NCBI GenBank assembly: GCA_963850905.1
Contig: CAWKMU010000003.1
Coordinates: 3,424,001 to 3,488,000 of the forward strand
Source of the DNA: an uncultured Gemmatimonadales bacterium
Lineage (GTDB): Bacteria; Gemmatimonadota; Gemmatimonadetes; Gemmatimonadales; Gemmatimonadaceae
Length of the DNA: 64,000 nt
Direction of reading: 5' to 3'
This document shows, piece after piece, positions 1 to 14,840 of the stretch (positions within the stretch are counted from its first letter, which is position 1; each line of letters opens with the position of its first letter). A program made the position numbers and the translations under genes. Under the pieces are notes generated by a model that worked only from the letters and a program-made list of their open reading frames with translations, had not been told where the DNA came from and did no database searches.

Positions 1-1549
<1,549 letters not shown>

Positions 1550-1553
1550 GGCG

Positions 1554-2207
1554 TTACCTCACCCAGCCCGCCAGGACGGCGACCGGAATGAGAGCAAAGC
1601 CGACGGCGATGACGATCGCGAGCACCGTCACGATGGGTCGGCGCAGCGGGTCACGCGAGGGCCGCGCGAGTCCCAGCGTGCGGATCGAGCTCCACGCCCC
1701 GTGGTAGAGGTGCAGTCCGAGCGCAACCATGGCGATCAGATAGAAGACAGCGACCGGCCAGACATGAAAGCCCGTGACGACGTTGAGGTATACGTCCCCC
1801 GGGTGAAACACTGGAAGCAGCGTGCCGGTCGTGAAATGCAGCAGGTGGAACACGATGAAGACGAGCAGCAGCCCCCCGCCCCACCGAATCGTGCGAGCCG
1901 CGAAGGTCGACACCTGAGGGTCGCGCTCGTCGTATCCCACGGGCCGCGCGGCGAGCGAGCGGCGCGTGAGATGCAGGGCGGCATCGATGTGAAGCACGAC
2001 GGCCACCAGGAGCACGACGCGGACGAGCCACAGCAGCTCGCCCGTGCCGTGCAGGAACCGACTGTACGCGTTGATGCGTTCGGGGCCTTGGAAGATCAGC
2101 AGATTGCCGAGCATGTGCATCACGACGAAGGCGACGAGGATGAGCCCCGTCACGGCCATGATGATTTTCTTGCCGATCGTCGACTGGTAGAACCGCCAGA
2201 GGCCCAC
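1554..2207 (-). CDS. sdhC: Succinate dehydrogenase cytochrome b subunit
   Basis: [13 protein letters not shown]...HMLGNL, several TM helices with heme-ligand His (LHI, FHLLH, LHLYHG); directly upstream of sdhA. Confidence 0.92.
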   Translation of the reverse strand: MGLWRFYQSTIGKKIIMAVTGLILVAFVVMHMLGNLLIFQGPERINAYSRFLHGTGELLWLVRVVLLVAVVLHIDAALHLTRRSLAARPVGYDERDPQVSTFAARTIRWGGGLLLVFIVFHLLHFTTGTLLPVFHPGDVYLNVVTGFHVWPVAVFYLIAMVALGLHLYHGAWSSIRTLGLARPSRDPLRRPIVTVLAIVIAVGFALIPVAVLAGWVR

Positions 2208-2225
2208 GACGCCCGCGTGTCGCGG

Positions 2226-3173
<948 letters not shown>

Positions 3174-4166
3174 TCAACCACCAACTTGCGAGAGCGCGCG
3201 CAGTCCACCGACTTGCATCTGTAAGAGCGCGTGTTCGCGCGGTTTCTCCGCGAGCGCAGCGCGGAACGCTGGCTCGAGCGGCACACCACCGCGGAGCGGC
3301 CCGCGCAAATCGACCTCGTGGTCGCCGAACAAACAGGTCCGCAAGCGGCCGTCGGCAGTCAGGCGCACACGGTTGCACGACGCGCAATACGTGTGGGTCA
3401 TCGGCGTGATGACACCGACCGTGCCGGCTGCACCTTGCAGTCGGTAGTAGCTCGCGGGGCCGTTCCCCCGCGCGGGACCGGGCGTCGGCACGAGCGGCGC
3501 CAGCGCCGCGACGCGACTCAGGACCTCGTCGCTCGGCACAATGTGTTCCCAGGTCAGCGCGCGCATGTCGCCGACTGGCATGAGCTCGATGAACCGCACG
3601 TGCCACTCGTGCGCCAACGTCAGCCGCGCAAAGTCCTCGACCTCGTCGTCGTTGATGCCACGCATCACGACGACGTTGATCTTGATCGGCGACAGCCCGG
3701 CCTGCTCGGCGCTCGCCGCCGCCATGATCGGATCGAAGCCCAGGTCGCGACGAGCGATCTGCGCGATCCGATCGCGTCGCAGGCTGTCCGCGCTCATGTT
3801 GATGCGGTCGAGGCCCGCATCTCGCAGCGGCGCTGCAAGCTTGGCGAGGTGGACGCCGTTGGTGGACAGTGCGATGTCCTCGATCTCGGGAACCGCGCGC
3901 AACAGGGCGACCAGGCGACCGAGATCCGGCCGGATCGTCGGCTCGCCACCCGTAATCCGAATCCGGCGCAGGCCGAGCGGTGCCAGCTGCCGGACGACCG
4001 CGGCGATCTCTTCGTAGGACAGGATGTCCGCCTTGGGCAGCCACATCAGGCCCTCGGGCGGCATGCAGTAGAGACACCGGAAATTGCACCGGTCGGTCAC
4101 CGAGATCCGCAGATACTCGATCTGGCGGCCGAACTGGTCGCGCGCGATCGACGTGGGCGCGCTCAT
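3174..4166 (-). CDS. moaA: GTP 3',8-cyclase (radical SAM)
   Basis: LRISVTDRCNFRCLYC, TGGEP, C-terminal CASCNRVR...CL and terminal GG. Confidence 0.96.
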   Translation of the reverse strand: MSAPTSIARDQFGRQIEYLRISVTDRCNFRCLYCMPPEGLMWLPKADILSYEEIAAVVRQLAPLGLRRIRITGGEPTIRPDLGRLVALLRAVPEIEDIALSTNGVHLAKLAAPLRDAGLDRINMSADSLRRDRIAQIARRDLGFDPIMAAASAEQAGLSPIKINVVVMRGINDDEVEDFARLTLAHEWHVRFIELMPVGDMRALTWEHIVPSDEVLSRVAALAPLVPTPGPARGNGPASYYRLQGAAGTVGVITPMTHTYCASCNRVRLTADGRLRTCLFGDHEVDLRGPLRGGVPLEPAFRAALAEKPREHALLQMQVGGLRALSQVGG

Positions 4167-4660
4167 GCGCCCAGTCTCACGTCATCGGCGCCCGCGCAAT
4201 CGTCCGTCATGCGCGTCGGATCCACCCACTCCCGCCCCCCGTCCGTGTAGTGTTCGCGCTTCCACACCGGCAACCGGCGCTTGACGTGTTCGATCACGTA
4301 TCGCGTCGCATCCTGTGCAGGACCCCGCCGCTCATGTGAGGCCGCGATCGCGATACTGATGTCTCCGACGGCGAGGAATCCGACCCGGTGCTCGGCCGCG
4401 ATCCCCCGCGTGCCAAACTGGAGCGCCGCCTCGCCGACGATCGCGTGGAGCTCGCGGGCCGCCATCGCCAAATACGCTTGATAGTCGATCCCGACCACGG
4501 GCCGGCCCCCGTTCGCATGACGAACTGTACCCAGGAACACGGAGCATGCTCCCGCGCCAGGATCCGCGACCATTTGGACGAGGCCGCTCACGTCCAGCAG
4601 GCGCTCGACGATCGCGGCGTGTGTGAGCCCCGCGCACGGGGCCAACGCGAGGTCAGTCAT
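4163..4660 (-). CDS. moaE: Molybdopterin synthase catalytic subunit
   Basis: GACSVFLGTVR, HRVG, KRRLPVWKRE; lies between moaD and moaA. Confidence 0.92.
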   Translation of the reverse strand: MTDLALAPCAGLTHAAIVERLLDVSGLVQMVADPGAGACSVFLGTVRHANGGRPVVGIDYQAYLAMAARELHAIVGEAALQFGTRGIAAEHRVGFLAVGDISIAIAASHERRGPAQDATRYVIEHVKRRLPVWKREHYTDGGREWVDPTRMTDDCAGADDVRLGA

Positions 4661-4899
4661 CCGCCCGCCACTGGAGGGATCAACGCCACCTCGTCGTCCG
4701 CGGCGAGGACGCGATCGTAGTCGGCGTACTCGCGGTTGACTGCGACCAATGGACGGGGGGGCAACCGGTCGGCACCCCCCTCCGATCGAACCCTGGCGAG
4801 GATGTCGGCGACCGTCGAGCCCGGAGGAGCCATCACGTCCAGATGCGTACGCCCAAAGGCGTCGGCATAAGACGCGAAAAGCAGCACAGTGATTGTCAT
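4657..4899 (-). CDS. moaD: Molybdopterin synthase sulfur carrier
   Basis: 80 aa, VLLFA...VAVN...DEVALIPPVAGG (C-terminal GG). Confidence 0.93.
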   Translation of the reverse strand: MTITVLLFASYADAFGRTHLDVMAPPGSTVADILARVRSEGGADRLPPRPLVAVNREYADYDRVLAADDEVALIPPVAGG

Positions 4900-4947
4900 T
4901 AGCGGCCCTCTCGGAATGTAACCGAAGCGCCGCGAACGCCCTGCGGC

Positions 4948-5268
4948 CTAGGCTTCGGACAGCTCCGACACGGACACGTGTGCGACGAGCGCGCGCAACT
5001 CCTTGGATGGCTTGAACACCGGCACCGGCCTGGCCGAAACCTCCACCGGCGCACCCGTCCTGGGGTTACGGGCCATACGCGTCTTGCGCTGGCGGATCTT
5101 GAAGGTCCCAAACCCGCGAACCTCAATGTTGTGCTGATCGCGGAGCGCCTCTTTAATGGCGTCGAGGAACGAGTCGACCACGCGGGCACAGTCTTTTTTG
5201 GAGATCATCGGCCCAGCAGTGCGCGCGATTTGAGTTGTGACGTGCTCGACGAGGTCGGCTTTAGTCAT
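4948..5268 (-). CDS. HU/IHF family nucleoid-associated DNA-binding protein
   Basis: MTKADLVE...IEVRGFGTF...ARNPRTG...FKPSKELR; ATG at 5268 chosen as start. Confidence 0.92.
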   Translation of the reverse strand: MTKADLVEHVTTQIARTAGPMISKKDCARVVDSFLDAIKEALRDQHNIEVRGFGTFKIRQRKTRMARNPRTGAPVEVSARPVPVFKPSKELRALVAHVSVSELSEA

Positions 5269-5375
5269 CGGTAGACCCCAACGAAAGACGCTTAGGCGAA
5301 ACAGAACCGTCATGCGGCGGGCCCGCCTCGGCCGCGCGCTCCGTGGGTCGAAGCTACGGCGTTACTTATTACGCG

Positions 5376-6539
5376 TCAAGAGCTTGGCTCGCTGACCCCA
5401 GCCGCAGCGCCAGCTACTGCCGGGTTCGCCGGCTCCCCCCGTACAGACGCCATGAACGCGTCGAATAGCGGCCGGGCATCGTGGGGCCCTGGGGCAGCCT
5501 CAGGGTGGTACTGCACCGCAAAGATGGGCAGCTCCCGGTGGCGCAGCCCCTCGATCGTGTGGTCGTTGAGATTGACGTGGGTCACTTCCAGGGCGGGCGC
5601 GCCAGCCACTCCCTCACGCGAGCCGCTCACGGCGAATCCGTGGTTCTGTGAAGTGATCGTCACGAGGGCCTTCTCGATCTCGAGAACCGGATGATTTCCG
5701 CCCCGGTGCCCATAGGGCATCTTCTCGGTCTGGCCCCCAAATGTGAGCGCGAGAAGCTGATGCCCGAGGCAGATGCCGAAAATCGGCACGCCGCGGTCCG
5801 CGATCGCTCGGATGATTGGCGGCGCGTACGTCACCGCCGCCGGGTCACCAGGCCCATTCGAGAGAAACACGCCGTCCGGTTCCGAGCTCCAATGCTGCTT
5901 CCGCTGGCATCGTGGCCGGCACGACCGTGACCCGACAGCCCCGCTCGTCGAACAACCGAAGGATGTTGCGCTTGATCCCGTAGTCGTACGCGACGATGTG
6001 GTTGCGGCGCCTTGGGGTTGCCAAATGCGTACGGCTCACGCGTCGAAACCTGCGTCGCGAGGTCCAGCCCGTCCATCGATGGGCATGCCGGCAAGCACCT
6101 CGCGCGCCTCGGCCGTCGCGTCGACGCCGGGCGCGATGACGCCGCGCATCACGCCCAACCTCAGAAGCCGCGTGAGCTTCCTGGTATCAACCTCGGCCAG
6201 GATGGGCACTTGGGCATCGGCAAGCCAACGGTCGAGCGAGCCGATCGCGCGCCAATTCGAATACGCGCGTGACAGCTCGCGCACGACGATGCCGGCCGCT
6301 TGCGGTTTGCTCGACTCCGGATCCTCGTCGTTGATCCCATAGTTCCCGATTTGTGGAGCCGTCAGCACCACGATCTGCCCGCAGTACGATGGGTCCGTGA
6401 AGACTTCCTGGTATCCGGTCATGTTCGTCGTGAACACGACTTCGGCGCAGGTCGCTCGCGTGTTGGGACCGAGTCGGCCGCGAAAAAGGGTTCCATCCTC
6501 GAGGAGGAGGAACCCTGGCTGAAACGTGGGAGGCGTCAT
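5376..6539 (-). CDS. carA: Carbamoyl-phosphate synthase small subunit, interrupted by three apparent +1 frameshifts (~6082, ~6005, ~5882)
   Basis: [35 protein letters not shown] in a second frame; [10 protein letters not shown] in a third; [20 protein letters not shown] back in the first frame. Confidence 0.93.
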
Positions 6540-6608
6540 CAGGCGATCAGGTCAGGAGCTCTGTGTCAACAGACCCTGCGCGGTGCACCCTCATCCGATA
6601 CCCCGCCG

Positions 6609-7103
6609 TCATTTCTTTGAGTTCGGGGCTGGCGTTGTAGTTGTCGGCGCCGGCGATGCCGGTGCGGGCGCTTGGGTCGCTGGTGCCTTCGGAGTGGCCG
6701 GAGCTGATCCCTTACCAGCCGGCGCGGCCCCCTGCTGGGTACCCGGGACCGCTTGGTTCTGCCCCGGGAGGAATGGCAGGGCCGGGGCCGACGACGCTGG
6801 CGCGGGCGCAGGTGCGGCCGGCTGGGGCGTGAGCCCCTGCTCCAGCACCGACTTGGGCGCGCGCCCACGCGCGGCTCCGATCTGGAGAAGGAACGCGAGC
6901 GCGATAAAGATGCCGCCAGTCCACCACGTGATCTGGGTGAGCCAGTTGCCCGCCTGACGGGTCCCGATGAAGGCGTCCGGGGAGGAGCTCACACCACCAA
7001 AGCTCGCGGCCATTCCCGTCCCTTTGCCCGCCTGCAACAGAATGGCGGCCACAAGGACGAAGCTATCAAGGATGAGTAGAACCAGCAGCAGCGTCGTGAA
7101 CAT
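6609..7103 (-). CDS. secG: Preprotein translocase subunit SecG with Pro/Ala-rich tail
   Basis: Two TM segments, ILLQAGKGTGMAASFGG; downstream of tpiA (common synteny). Confidence 0.9.
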   Translation of the reverse strand: MFTTLLLVLLILDSFVLVAAILLQAGKGTGMAASFGGVSSSPDAFIGTRQAGNWLTQITWWTGGIFIALAFLLQIGAARGRAPKSVLEQGLTPQPAAPAPAPASSAPALPFLPGQNQAVPGTQQGAAPAGKGSAPATPKAPATQAPAPASPAPTTTTPAPNSKK

Positions 7104-7158
7104 CAGGCTCGAGGCAAAGTTTCGTAGCTTCGAAATGTGTCGGCCCGGACGGCGCGGA

Positions 7159-7962
7159 TCAACCCTCGTTTACGTGAGCGCCCACCATGACGATCTCCGC
7201 CCACGATGCCGGGTCCAGGCTGGACCCGCCGACGAGCAAGCCGTCCACCCCAGGGGCGGCGAGCAAAGCCGGCGCATTCGCCGGGGTGACGCTGCCCCCA
7301 TAGAGAATGGGGACCATCGACGCGCGCGGTGGCAGCAGTAGCCGCAGGGCGTTGGCCAAGACCGCGTGAGTCTCGGCCGCGTCAGCGGGCGTCGCGGTGC
7401 GACCGGTCCCAATCGCCCACACCGGCTCGTAGGCGATCAGGCTCCGAGCGACCTGCTCAGGCGACAGTCGGCCAAGACCCGCCGTGAGCTGACGCGTCAC
7501 CACAGTGCTGGTCAGTCCCGCCTCTCGTTCCGCGAGGAGCTCCCCGACACACAGCACGGGCGTCAGGCCCGCCGCCGTCACGGCCTCACACTTCCGCGCG
7601 GTGTCCGCATCAGACTCGTGGAACACGTGCCGTCGCTCGGAGTGGCCGACAAGCGCGAAGCGAGCTCCGGACGCACGCGCCATGGGCGCGGAGATCTCGC
7701 CGGTGAACGGACCCTTCGGCTCCCAGTAGACGTTCTGTACGCCGAACTGGATGTCCGGTCGCGCCGCCGCGGCGTCTCGCGCCGCCGCCAGGGACAGCGC
7801 AGGTGGAAACAGAATGACGGTGCGATCCGATAAGACCGGCACCCGAGCGATATAGGCCGTCACAAACCGGCGCGCGTCTTCCGGCGCGAGATTCATCTTC
7901 CAGTTGGCCGCCAACACGGGCCGTGCAAACTGGGCGGCGGGCGCGTCGGTGCTGGCGCTCAT
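7159..7962 (-). CDS. tpiA: Triosephosphate isomerase
   Basis: ANWKMN, GHSERR, AYEPVWAIGTG, LYGGSV, GLLVGG. Confidence 0.97.
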   Translation of the reverse strand: MSASTDAPAAQFARPVLAANWKMNLAPEDARRFVTAYIARVPVLSDRTVILFPPALSLAAARDAAAARPDIQFGVQNVYWEPKGPFTGEISAPMARASGARFALVGHSERRHVFHESDADTARKCEAVTAAGLTPVLCVGELLAEREAGLTSTVVTRQLTAGLGRLSPEQVARSLIAYEPVWAIGTGRTATPADAAETHAVLANALRLLLPPRASMVPILYGGSVTPANAPALLAAPGVDGLLVGGSSLDPASWAEIVMVGAHVNEG

Positions 7963-8004
7963 GCTCCAGCCGCTCGGCGCGCGATCGTGTCCGGCCCGTG
8001 GACC

Positions 8005-9207
8005 TCAGCGCGCATCGTCGAGCGCGTCGACGCCTGGCAACGCTCTCCCTTCGAGGAACTCGAGCGATGCGCCCCCGCCAGTCGACACATGGCTCATCTG
8101 CGCCTCGAGGCCAGCCTGTGCTACTGCGGCTGCGGAATCCCCGCCTCCGACGATCGTCGTCGTTCCACGAGTCGTCGCCGCCGCCATGGCCCGCGCGATG
8201 GCGAGCGTGCCTGCGTCGAACGGCGGCGTCTCGAACACGCCCATTGGCCCGTTCCAGATCACCGTCTTGGCGATCGAGATCGCGCGGCCAAACGACTCCG
8301 CGCTACGTGGGCCGATGTCGTACATCGCTTCCGTTGGAGGAATCCCGTCACGCGGCACCGCGTGCGCGAGCGCCCCTTGGTCGAGAGCCGGCGCCACCAC
8401 GGCGTCGTGCGGAAGCGTGAGCCGCGCTCCAGCGCTTGCGAGCAGGTCTTTCGCCATGTCGATCCGGTCGGCCTCGACCAGCGATTTCCCCACCGCCAGC
8501 CCCATCGCCCGGAAGAACGTGCATGCCATCGCGCCTCCGATCAGCATGCCATCGACTCGAGGCAGCAGTTGCGCGATGACGTCGATCTTCCCGGAGATTT
8601 TGACACCACCCAGAATCGCGATGAACGGGCGCTTTGGCTCCGATAACGCTTGCCCCAGATACTCCAGCTCCTTCGCCATCAGTAGTCCGGCGACCGCCGG
8701 GCGCAGCACCGCGGCGACGCCGACCGTCGAAGCGTGCGCGCGATGCGCGGCACCGAATGCATCATTGACGTAGAGGTCGCCCAGCTTGCCGAAGTCGCGC
8801 GCCAGGCGCTCATCGTTGCTCTCTTCCCCGGGCAGGAATCGCGTGTTCTCGAGGAGCAGCACCTCCCCGGCCCCAAGCGCGCGGGTCGCCTGCACCGCCT
8901 CGTCGGTGTCCGTGGATTTGACGAACCGCACCGCGGCCCCCAACAGGTCGCTCAGTCTCGCCGCCACCGGATCGAGCGAATACTTCGGGTCCGGCTTGGC
9001 CTTGGGGCGGCCGAGGTGGGAAACGAGCACCACGCGAGCGCCAAGCGCCTGCAGGAGCCGGATCGTCGGCAGCGCCGCCCGGATTCGCGTGTCGTCCGTG
9101 ATGCGGCGGTCAGCGTCGAGCGGCACGTTGAAATCGACGCGAATGAGCACGCGCTTCCCGCGGACTTCGCCGTCCGCGAGGTCCCGCACCGTTCGTTTGC
9201 GCGCCAA
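8005..9207 (-). CDS. pgk: Phosphoglycerate kinase
   Basis: RVDFNVP, SHLGRP, LLENTRF, NDAFGAAHRAHAS, HVSTGGGASLE; likely TTG start at 9207. Confidence 0.96.
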   Translation of the reverse strand: MARKRTVRDLADGEVRGKRVLIRVDFNVPLDADRRITDDTRIRAALPTIRLLQALGARVVLVSHLGRPKAKPDPKYSLDPVAARLSDLLGAAVRFVKSTDTDEAVQATRALGAGEVLLLENTRFLPGEESNDERLARDFGKLGDLYVNDAFGAAHRAHASTVGVAAVLRPAVAGLLMAKELEYLGQALSEPKRPFIAILGGVKISGKIDVIAQLLPRVDGMLIGGAMACTFFRAMGLAVGKSLVEADRIDMAKDLLASAGARLTLPHDAVVAPALDQGALAHAVPRDGIPPTEAMYDIGPRSAESFGRAISIAKTVIWNGPMGVFETPPFDAGTLAIARAMAAATTRGTTTIVGGGDSAAAVAQAGLEAQMSHVSTGGGASLEFLEGRALPGVDALDDAR

Positions 9208-9208
9208 C

Positions 9209-9540
9209 TTACGCAGCCCCGCCGGTACGTCTCCTCGCCCCCCGCGTTCGGCGCTCGTGCATGATGTACGACACCACGCCGAGGATGACGCCGACGAGGA
9301 TGGCCGCGTACCCTGCGAGCTCCATGTAGTAGTTGTGCAACCACACCGCGAACGCCGACTGCCCCGGGGGCACGACGATCGCATGCGACACGAGCCGGGT
9401 ATTCACGCGGTACGCCACGACCACGAGCACGATGCCGACCAGGATCAGGGTCAGTGCGATCGCGTCGCGCACTCGATCGGCGCGTGTCGTTCCATCGCTC
9501 GGTGGCGCGACGGGTGCGACCGCGCCGCGCACAGGTTGCG

Positions 9541-9544
<4 letters not shown>
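9209..9544 (-). CDS. Small two-TM hypothetical membrane protein
   Basis: ATG overlaps the gap stop (ATGA) and the stop abuts the pgk start; two hydrophobic helices. Confidence 0.7.
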
Positions 9545-10554
<1,010 letters not shown>

Positions 10555-10607
10555 GGGGCGTAGTCTCACGAGGTCGGTGACCAGTGTCAACGGGCGCCGC
10601 GCACCCG

Positions 10608-10691
10608 TAGAGAGGAGAAAGGGGAAAGGAGAGAGGAGGCAACGACCTACGCGCCTCGTCTACTTTCTACTTTCTGCCCTTCTACTCTCTA
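10608..10691. repeat. Purine-rich heptamer tract followed by a pyrimidine-rich heptamer tract (imperfect palindrome)
   Basis: AGAGGAG AAAGGGG AAAGGAG AGAGGAG, then TCTACTT TCTACTT...CTCTCTA. Confidence 0.65.
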
Positions 10692-11497
10692 GCGCGAAGC
10701 GCTGCCCACATGGCGCGCCGGTCCGCGGGTCGGTCGAACCACCGCTCGAACGCCAACGCGCCCTGTTCCACCAGCATCGCCAGGCCATCGCATGCCCGAT
10801 GGCCATGCGCTCGCGCCGCTCGGACCCACGGCGTCTCACCGGGCCGGTACACGAGGTCGAGCGCGTCGGCGCCTTGCGGCAGTAGCGCGGGATCAAAGGG
10901 GACGTCGTCGCGGCGCATGCCGATCGTCGTCGCGTGAACTACGAGCGCCGCACCCGCCAAAGCGTCAGGAATCGTCGGGACGGCGACCGCGACTGCTGGA
11001 AACCGCGCCACGAGTGCCTCGAGACGCGCCAGTGTGCGGTTCCAGACCCGCGCCTCACACCCCGGCCACTCGGCGATCGCCGTCAGCACTGCCGCGGCGG
11101 CACCGCCAGCTCCGATCACGGCAATTCGGGTCTCCGATGGCACGCGCCCAGAAAGCCCGCGGACGGCGTTGTGGAACCCCGCAACATCGGTGTTGTCACC
11201 GACGAGCGTGCCATCCTCGACCCAGAAGGTGTTGACGGCGCCGGCACGCTGCGCGACCGCAGTGACACGCCCACAGCATCGCGCCGCCGCTTCCTTATGC
11301 GGGACGGTGATATTCCCCGCCGCGCGCTCTCGCAGGAGGCCAGCCAGCGTTGCCTCGAGATCCACAGGCAGCACATCCAGACTTTCGTAGGTCAGCGGAA
11401 CGCCTGCCACGCGTAGTGCCGCATTCTGCATCGCCGGCGACAGCGAATGAGCGACCGGATGCCCAATGAGCACGAGCCGTTTCGGCATCTTCCTCAT
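10682..11497 (-). CDS. aroE: Shikimate dehydrogenase
   Basis: GHPVAHSLSP, NITVPHK, GAVNT, GDNTD, GAGGAA, DLVY, MLVEQG. Confidence 0.94.
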   Translation of the reverse strand: MRKMPKRLVLIGHPVAHSLSPAMQNAALRVAGVPLTYESLDVLPVDLEATLAGLLRERAAGNITVPHKEAAARCCGRVTAVAQRAGAVNTFWVEDGTLVGDNTDVAGFHNAVRGLSGRVPSETRIAVIGAGGAAAAVLTAIAEWPGCEARVWNRTLARLEALVARFPAVAVAVPTIPDALAGAALVVHATTIGMRRDDVPFDPALLPQGADALDLVYRPGETPWVRAARAHGHRACDGLAMLVEQGALAFERWFDRPADRRAMWAALRARE

Positions 11498-11520
11498 TCC
11501 GCACGCTCGTGGCTCAGTAT

Positions 11521-11598
11521 CTCCTCTCTCCTTTCTCCTTTCCCCTTACTACGCGCGCAGCGCGTCCCCTCTCACCTTTCTACGCGCGCAGCGCGTCC
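11521..11598. repeat. Pyrimidine heptamer tract plus a 19-bp direct repeat
   Basis: CTCCTCTCTCCTTTCTCCTTTCCCCTT; CTACGCGCGCAGCGCGTCC at 11549-11567 and 11580-11598. Confidence 0.7.
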
Positions 11599-11601
11599 GC
11601 G

Positions 11602-12066
11602 TCAGCTGGCGGTGCGCTCGGTGACCAATCGATCGAGGACGCGCCGGATCTCGGTCTCGAGCTCGTCGACCGTGGATCGGTACACGTCGAGGTCACCGCC
11701 AAAGGGGTCGGTCACCGCACGCGCGTCAGCCCCGCGCGAGGAGTACGCGGTAAGCAGATACGCCTTGCCGCTGCCCCCCAACGCTTCGACGCGCTCTAGG
11801 TGATGCGAACCCATCACCAGGATCAGATCGGCCGCGTCGACGTGTTCCGGCATCAGTTGCCGCGCGCGATGCGCCGTGAGATCGAGTTGTCGCTCGAGGC
11901 CCACCAGGACCGCACCATCAGACGCTGGCTGCCCCTCGGCCGCGCTGGTGCCAGCGCTCGCAATCTCGACGTCCGACAGTCCCCGCTCGTCAGCCACCTG
12001 ACGTGCGATCGCCGCCGCGATCGGGCTGCGACAGGTATTCCCCGTACACACGAAGAGCAAATGCAT
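11602..12066 (-). CDS. Low-molecular-weight protein phosphatase, probably YwlE-type protein-arginine phosphatase
   Basis: LFVCTGNTCRSP P-loop, SAGT, DPFGG; adjacent to tsaC. Confidence 0.88.
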   Translation of the reverse strand: MHLLFVCTGNTCRSPIAAAIARQVADERGLSDVEIASAGTSAAEGQPASDGAVLVGLERQLDLTAHRARQLMPEHVDAADLILVMGSHHLERVEALGGSGKAYLLTAYSSRGADARAVTDPFGGDLDVYRSTVDELETEIRRVLDRLVTERTAS

Positions 12067-12074
12067 CGACTGCC

Positions 12075-12743
12075 TTACGCGTCTCCAATCAAGTCCGGGA
12101 CAGTTTCCCGCAGGACGTCCGCCGAGATGGCGCCGGGCCGGATCACCCGGAGCCGCCGGCCCATGCAGTCGACGACGGTCGATGGCGCAGACGGCTCCAG
12201 TCGCCCCCCATCCAAAACGAGCAGAACGCCGCGCCGGATCGCGTCGCCCCACTGGGTTACAATCTCGGCGGCGGACATCGCGGGCGGTACCCCTGTCGGG
12301 TTGGCACTCGTCGACGTCAGCGGCGCACCGTGCATATACAGGAGACGCGTGAGTCCCGGGTGCGGCGTCCACCGCACCGCCACCCCACCCTCGGGGCCGC
12401 GCAGCCGGTCGCTGATCCGGCGTTCACCGCCAGGGAGCACCAACGTCAGCGGTCCGGGCCAGTGGCGTGCGGCCAATCGCGCACCCGCGCCGCCCAGGTG
12501 CAGTCCCAGGCGGGCTAGCATGTCGCTGCCCGCGATGAGCAGCAGCACCGGCTTTCCCGCCCCGCGCCCTTTGAGGTCCGCCAGCGCGTCGAGCGCCGCA
12601 CCATCCAGGGTCCCCCCGAACCCGTAGACCGTCTCTGTTGGGTAGGCCAGGACACCGCGCCGTTCAATGTGCGCAAGCGCGGCAGGGATGGCCGCTTCTA
12701 CTTCGGCACTTGACCAGAACGGCAGCGCGGGGTCTGGCAGCAC
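12075..12743 (-). CDS. tsaC: L-threonylcarbamoyladenylate synthase (TsaC/Sua5/YrdC)
   Basis: YPTETVYG, KGR, WPGPLTLV, VAVR, STSAN, PSTVVD. Confidence 0.92.
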   Translation of the reverse strand: MLPDPALPFWSSAEVEAAIPAALAHIERRGVLAYPTETVYGFGGTLDGAALDALADLKGRGAGKPVLLLIAGSDMLARLGLHLGGAGARLAARHWPGPLTLVLPGGERRISDRLRGPEGGVAVRWTPHPGLTRLLYMHGAPLTSTSANPTGVPPAMSAAEIVTQWGDAIRRGVLLVLDGGRLEPSAPSTVVDCMGRRLRVIRPGAISADVLRETVPDLIGDA

Positions 12744-12744
12744 C

Positions 12745-13430
12745 TCACTCCCTCTGCAGCGCGATCGCGTCCGCGCGCGAAAAATCGGCTTCGTCAGTGA
12801 TCTTCATCGCCCGCTCGCTCCCGGGAACGACGACGACCCGGATGCCGAGACGCTCGCACAGTCCGGCCTCATCGGTCGCGACCACGCGATCGCGGCGAGC
12901 TGCGTCGTGCGCCCGTTCCAGCATAGCCCGCGGAAATGCCTGTGGCGTCTGGGCCCGCCAGAGCCCCGTGCGGTCGACCGTGCGGAGTATCCGCCCCTCC
13001 GCATCAACTTCTTTCAGCGTGTCGACAAGCGGCAGAGCAGCAATCGCTCCTTGGCCGGCGCGCGCCGCCCGAATGACGGCGTCGATCGTCGCATCAGTGA
13101 CCAGCGGCCGCGCGGCGTCGTGCACGACGACGATCTCAACCTCGTTGGGCAGGTCCTCCAGGCCATTCGCGACCGATTCCTGGCGATCGCGTCCCCCGAT
13201 CGATAGCAGCAGCCGATCGAGGTCCGCCTGAAAAAGCCACGGTGGCGGGTCTCCCGCGGCCGTGCGCGGCAGGACACACACGACCATCGCAACGTCCGGC
13301 CGCGCCTGGAACCGTTGCACGCTGTGCAGCAGCATTGGCTTCCCGGCCACCCAACGGAACTGCTTTAGCTCGGTCGAGCCCGTTCGCGTCCCCGCGCCCG
13401 CGGCGACGATCACCACGCCCACGTCACCCG

Positions 13431-13434
<4 letters not shown>
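12745..13434 (-). CDS. ispD: 2-C-methyl-D-erythritol 4-phosphate cytidylyltransferase
   Basis: AAGAGTR, KQF, GGRDRQESV, VHDAARP, QTPQAF, KITDEAD. Confidence 0.95.
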
Positions 13435-14822
<1,388 letters not shown>

Positions 14823-14840
14823 GGGGCAAGATAAGGGGGC

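Noticed and set aside
5376..6539. carA or dnaB as true pseudogenes or programmed frameshifts
   Set aside because: Motifs intact, dnaB essential, no slippery heptamer noticed, and similar indels scattered through the window.
11549..11598. Direct repeat as a mini-CRISPR
   Set aside because: Two 19-bp copies with a 12-nt spacer, too short; no cas genes.
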